Positions 60,102 through 64,000 of a DNA stretch of 64,000 nt are shown here, one piece after another (the first letter of the stretch is position 1; every line of letters begins with the position of its first letter). The stretch is from Pseudogymnoascus verrucosus (lineage: Eukaryota): assembly GCA_001662655.1 (NCBI GenBank), contig KV460207.1; one strand, given 5' to 3'. The position numbers and the translations under genes are program-made. Below the pieces are notes generated by a model that had not been told where the DNA came from, did no database searches, and saw only the letters and a list, made by a program, of their open reading frames with translations.

Positions 60102-62539
60102 ATGGAGAAGGATAAGTCCATCGCCGGCGAGACTCCGGTCTACGTCGACATGTCGGGGTCCAACGAGGTCATCGATGAGAAGGCTGAACATGTTAGCCAT
60201 CACGATGCGTTGGACTCGAAGGCTGCCAACGTCACCGCCTACCAGGTCGAGCCCATTCAGGGCGAGACTCACTCTTTGAAGGATGAGCTTTTGGCAGATG
60301 AGGAGATTGACTTGTTCAAGCCCTTCCCCATCGACCCTTCTCACCCTGTCGAGGAACATATCCTCACAATCCGCGCCTTGGTGACCGGCATCGCCCTCGG
60401 CGCCCTCGTCAATGCCTCCAACTTATATCTCGGTAGGCGCAAAACCCCTCTTCTCGGGGAATTCACTAACAATCGCAGGTCTTAAAACTGGTTTCACCTT
60501 CAGCGCAAGCATGTTCGGTGCCATTTTCGGGTACGGTTTTATCAAGTTCCTCTCACGAACCACAGGTAACATGCCTATCCTCGGCGGTTCCTTTGGACCA
60601 CAGGAGAACACCATCGTCCAGGCCGCTGCTACTGGAGCGGGTGGTATCGCTGGTCTCTTCGTCGCGGCCCTGCCAGCCATGTACCAGCTTGACCTGATGA
60701 GCAGCCTGCCAATCGATGATATTGGAAGGATATTCACTATCACCCTGATCTGTTCTTTCTTCGGCCTCTTCTTCGTGACCCCACTTCGTCGATTTTTTAT
60801 CATCCAGGTGGCTAAGGAGCTCAGACTGATCTTCCCTACCGGTAAGTTACACCAGCACACTATAATGGTGCATGACTAATTTTCTCAGCGACGGCAACCG
60901 CTCTCACCATTAGGTCTATGCACGCTGCAGGCTCTGGTGGTCTCGATGCCGTTAGGAAGCTGAAGGCTCTGGGTTATACATTCATTGCCGCTGTGATCCA
61001 TCGTGTCGCATCATACTATGCCATTGGTATCCTCTACGACTGGCACGTGTTTACTTGGTAAGTCTCCTATCCAGGTAACCAAGTATTCTTGTCTAACATC
61101 CCAGGTTCTACATATGGTCTGGGCACACTAACTGGGCGCTCAACATTGAAAACTGGGGCTGGTACATCGAAATCACTCCTGCCTTCATCGGTTCGGGTAT
61201 GCTCATCGGTCTCAACTCGGCCCTTTCTATGTTCGGTGGTGCAGTCCTCGCTTGGGGCATAATCGGGCCTCTCCTCGTCCACTACGGAGAGTGTATCGGC
61301 AAGGCCTACGATCCGGAAGACCCAATCTGGCACGATTACACGTCCTTCAGCTCTCTGAAGAACCTAGGCAAGGAGACTCCCTCACCACGTTACTGGCTCT
61401 TATGGCCGGGTGTCATGATCATGGTGTGCGCGTCGCTCGCTGAACTCTTCATCCAGTACAAGGTCATCTGGATCGCCTTCAAGTCCGTATTCCGCCAAGT
61501 CAACACTTCCATCGACGAGGCGGCGAGGAAGCGCGGCAAAGTTATCCCTTTCTGCGCTCGCCATGCCGGTACTATGGACTCATCCGACCTCGTCGAGGAC
61601 CCATTCCCAGCGGAGCAGCAGGTTAAGGACTGGATGTGGATGCTTGGCCTTACCGTAACCCTCGTCATCTCTTTCATCATCTGCCACTTCCAGTGGCAGA
61701 TGAACGTCGGCCTCACTATCTTGGCATGCGTCCTCGGTTTCATATTTGCCTTCCTCTGTATCCAGATCGGCGCCGTCACTGATACCACACCGCTCACCGC
61801 CGCCTCCAAAGCTTCTCAGCTCGTCTTTGGTGGTGCTACTTCCGGCCACGGTTACTCCATCAAGGATGCACAGCGCCTCAATCTCATTGCTGGAGGTATC
61901 GCCTCCGGCGCTGCCGATGTGGCCACCAACCTTACTGCGGATTTCCGTACTGGTTTCCTCCTCCGCACCCCGCCTCTGAAGCAATGGATCGCCCAGGCCA
62001 TCGGCACCCTGGTCTCCGTTTTCCTTGCCCCTGGCATGTTCGTCCTCTTCACCTCCGCCTACCCCTGCATCATCCACCCCGACGACTATGACCACTGTCC
62101 CTTCCAGGCTCCGTCCGTGGCTGCTTGGGCCGCTGTCGCCCAGGCCGTCACCGACCCCAGCATCGGCATCCCCATCAAGGCCGGCATCTTTGCCTGCGTT
62201 ATGGGCGCCGTGTCGGTCATCCAGGTCATCTTCCGTCACTACTACCTCGTCGGTGAGCGTGAGAAGTACCGCGCCTATCTTCCCAACTGGGGTGCCATCG
62301 CGCTCGCCTTCGTGTTGCCCGTTCCAGTCTTCACCAATGCGGCGCTCCTTGGTGCCATAATCGCTGCTGTCTGGCGCAAGTACCGCTATGCCAGCTGGGA
62401 TATCTACGGATATGCTGTTGCGGCTGGTATGATTGCTGGAGAGGGTATGGGTGGTGTCGTTGGTGCCGCGCTGCAACTCGGAGGTGTTTCTGGGGATGTG
62501 TACGGAACGAACATCGGATGCCCTATGCTCTCGTGTTAG
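60102..62539 (+). CDS. OPT-superfamily oligopeptide/YSL-like transporter (4 exons)
   Basis: LTIRALVTG...[32 protein letters not shown]...[38 protein letters not shown]; many TM segments. Confidence 0.93.
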
Positions 62540-63408
62540 TTGGAGGGCGAGGATGTATGTTGGAGGTATGGGGCTATATACTAAGTTCAGTGAGCTATGT
62601 AGAACATTACTAGACTGACTGGTGCTGTTGAACGGCCGCTAATGACAATCGGTTGATGAAACTCCATGTATTTTCGTGATTCTTGTGAAATTGCTTCTAC
62701 GATATCTCTATCCAAGCGTGATCCTTTCACCTTCCACGTCCTCAACTTCAACAGTATATCAGCTCTATATCCCTCACCAACTTCATAAAGTCGTCTCATA
62801 ATTTGGCTGTAGATGAGGTCGTGTCAACCTTTTAAGGTTCTGAGAGGCGCTGAGTGACCCACCACGGGACTCGGGGTGTGGCGCTCTGTAATTCACTAGT
62901 GACCGAACGTATCACTGGAACTAACCTTTCGTTTCCCTCGAGTTCCAGGCAAACGAACAGTGTTCGCGGAACCCGACGGCGTTCACGACCAGCAAAATTA
63001 GCAGGCACATTTACTAGTAAATTATATGCGAACTGACATAGAATACTACGAAATTTGAAAATAATTCCGGCACGCTACCAGAGCCTGTTCTTAACAATTA
63101 CAGAGAGCACAAATCAAATAATTATAAGCTATACTCTTAATATGAGTAGAAGAGTATATTTATTTATTATGAATCCTCTGAACTGAATATTATGAGGGCT
63201 TGTCATTGCAATATATTGGTTTAGATTTTACTTTTTAATTTTTATTATTGCTTTGTTATAAAAGCTGACCTTTACAAATTCTAGTTTTTTCTGCAACATC
63301 ATCCATTTTCTCTCGAAATATATAGAATGGGACAGAAAGTCTTCAATTTCGAAGATCGAATTTCGATCGCTATAGCGTAGGGGCTAGGTTACCCATTGTA
63401 GCACAGCT

Positions 63409-63720
63409 CTATTGAGCTTGAGCGTGGCCGTCGTATTTCGAGATGGCCAAATCAAGAGTATCGCCGAGAGATTTGGCCTCGCTCTCAAAGTCCTTCGCTC
63501 GAGACTGAATGTGTTGGATAAGTATGTTTGATATCGACTGTCCAAGGTTAGCTAATATGCCAATCAAAATGGTAAATTTAAGGAAACCCATATTGACAAC
63601 GTCTTTCACCTGGCCGAGAACGACAGCAACGGGCGGGCCGAGCAAGGGAACTTGTTCCACGATGCCCGCCTTGCCAATTACGACGCACCATTCTCCTACG
63701 AGTACATTAGGTAGGGTCAA
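63409..63720 (-). pseudogene. Probable degenerate 3' fragment of a UVI-1-like secreted protein gene
   Basis: IGKAG...VPLLGPPVAVVL.QV..VV...I.SRAKDF.SEA.SLG.TLDLAISKY resembles the UVI-1 family C-terminus as I recall it. Intron-like segment with GCTAAC...CAG but donor reading ATGGGT; no open upstream frame. Confidence 0.45.
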
Positions 63721-64000
63721 ATGTCTTGCTAAGTGAAAATCAACCTATGCTCTCATTCTCTTCTGCCTAGTTTCGAGGTGTATGAAAAAGGAGCAGGAAT
63801 CCAATAGTCCAAATTTAGTGAGTTCGCCGTTGTGGCTAAGACTGAAGTGTTTGATAAGCATATGCAGCATCATGGATGGCCTATGGCGCTGGCGTACTGC
63901 CTTGCTGTGCCATAGAAACCCAATTAAGATTGAGTCTGTCTAATCCACAATATAGACTATTGACTTTCAATAAAAGAGGTTCGGGAAAGAGCCGAGGAGG

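Noticed and set aside
61580..62476. 298-aa antisense ORF over the OPT gene
   Set aside because: Explained by C-ending codon bias on the sense strand.

Overview
Gene-dense, intron-containing genomic DNA from a filamentous ascomycete (short GT-AG introns with CTAAC/CTGAC branch sites; probably a Leotiomycete, which is an inference). It holds about 30 protein genes. Most are housekeeping: the MoaC end of cnxABC, an RRM protein, epoxide hydrolase, NDUFAF7, a CDK11-type kinase, DAHP synthase, mL50, thiolase, GTR2, EglC, MKK1, DBP8, HRI1, an LRR protein, GT90, the divergent RPS22/RPS12 pair and an OPT transporter. An accessory-looking block at about 43.6-53.5 kb contains a small secreted Cys protein, an internally deleted GH106 pseudogene, NmrA, a secreted beta-lactamase-like protein and a repeat-bearing orphan. 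The strongest non-coding signals are an snR44-type H/ACA snoRNA in the RPS22 coding intron, a highly structured RPS22 5'-UTR intron, and an unidentified ~200-nt multi-hairpin RNA at about 53.94-54.14 kb that may lie in the intron of a non-coding host transcript. I saw no CRISPR, tRNA, rRNA or intact transposon. Gene models and folds were built by eye; product calls rest on remembered family motifs, not database searches.
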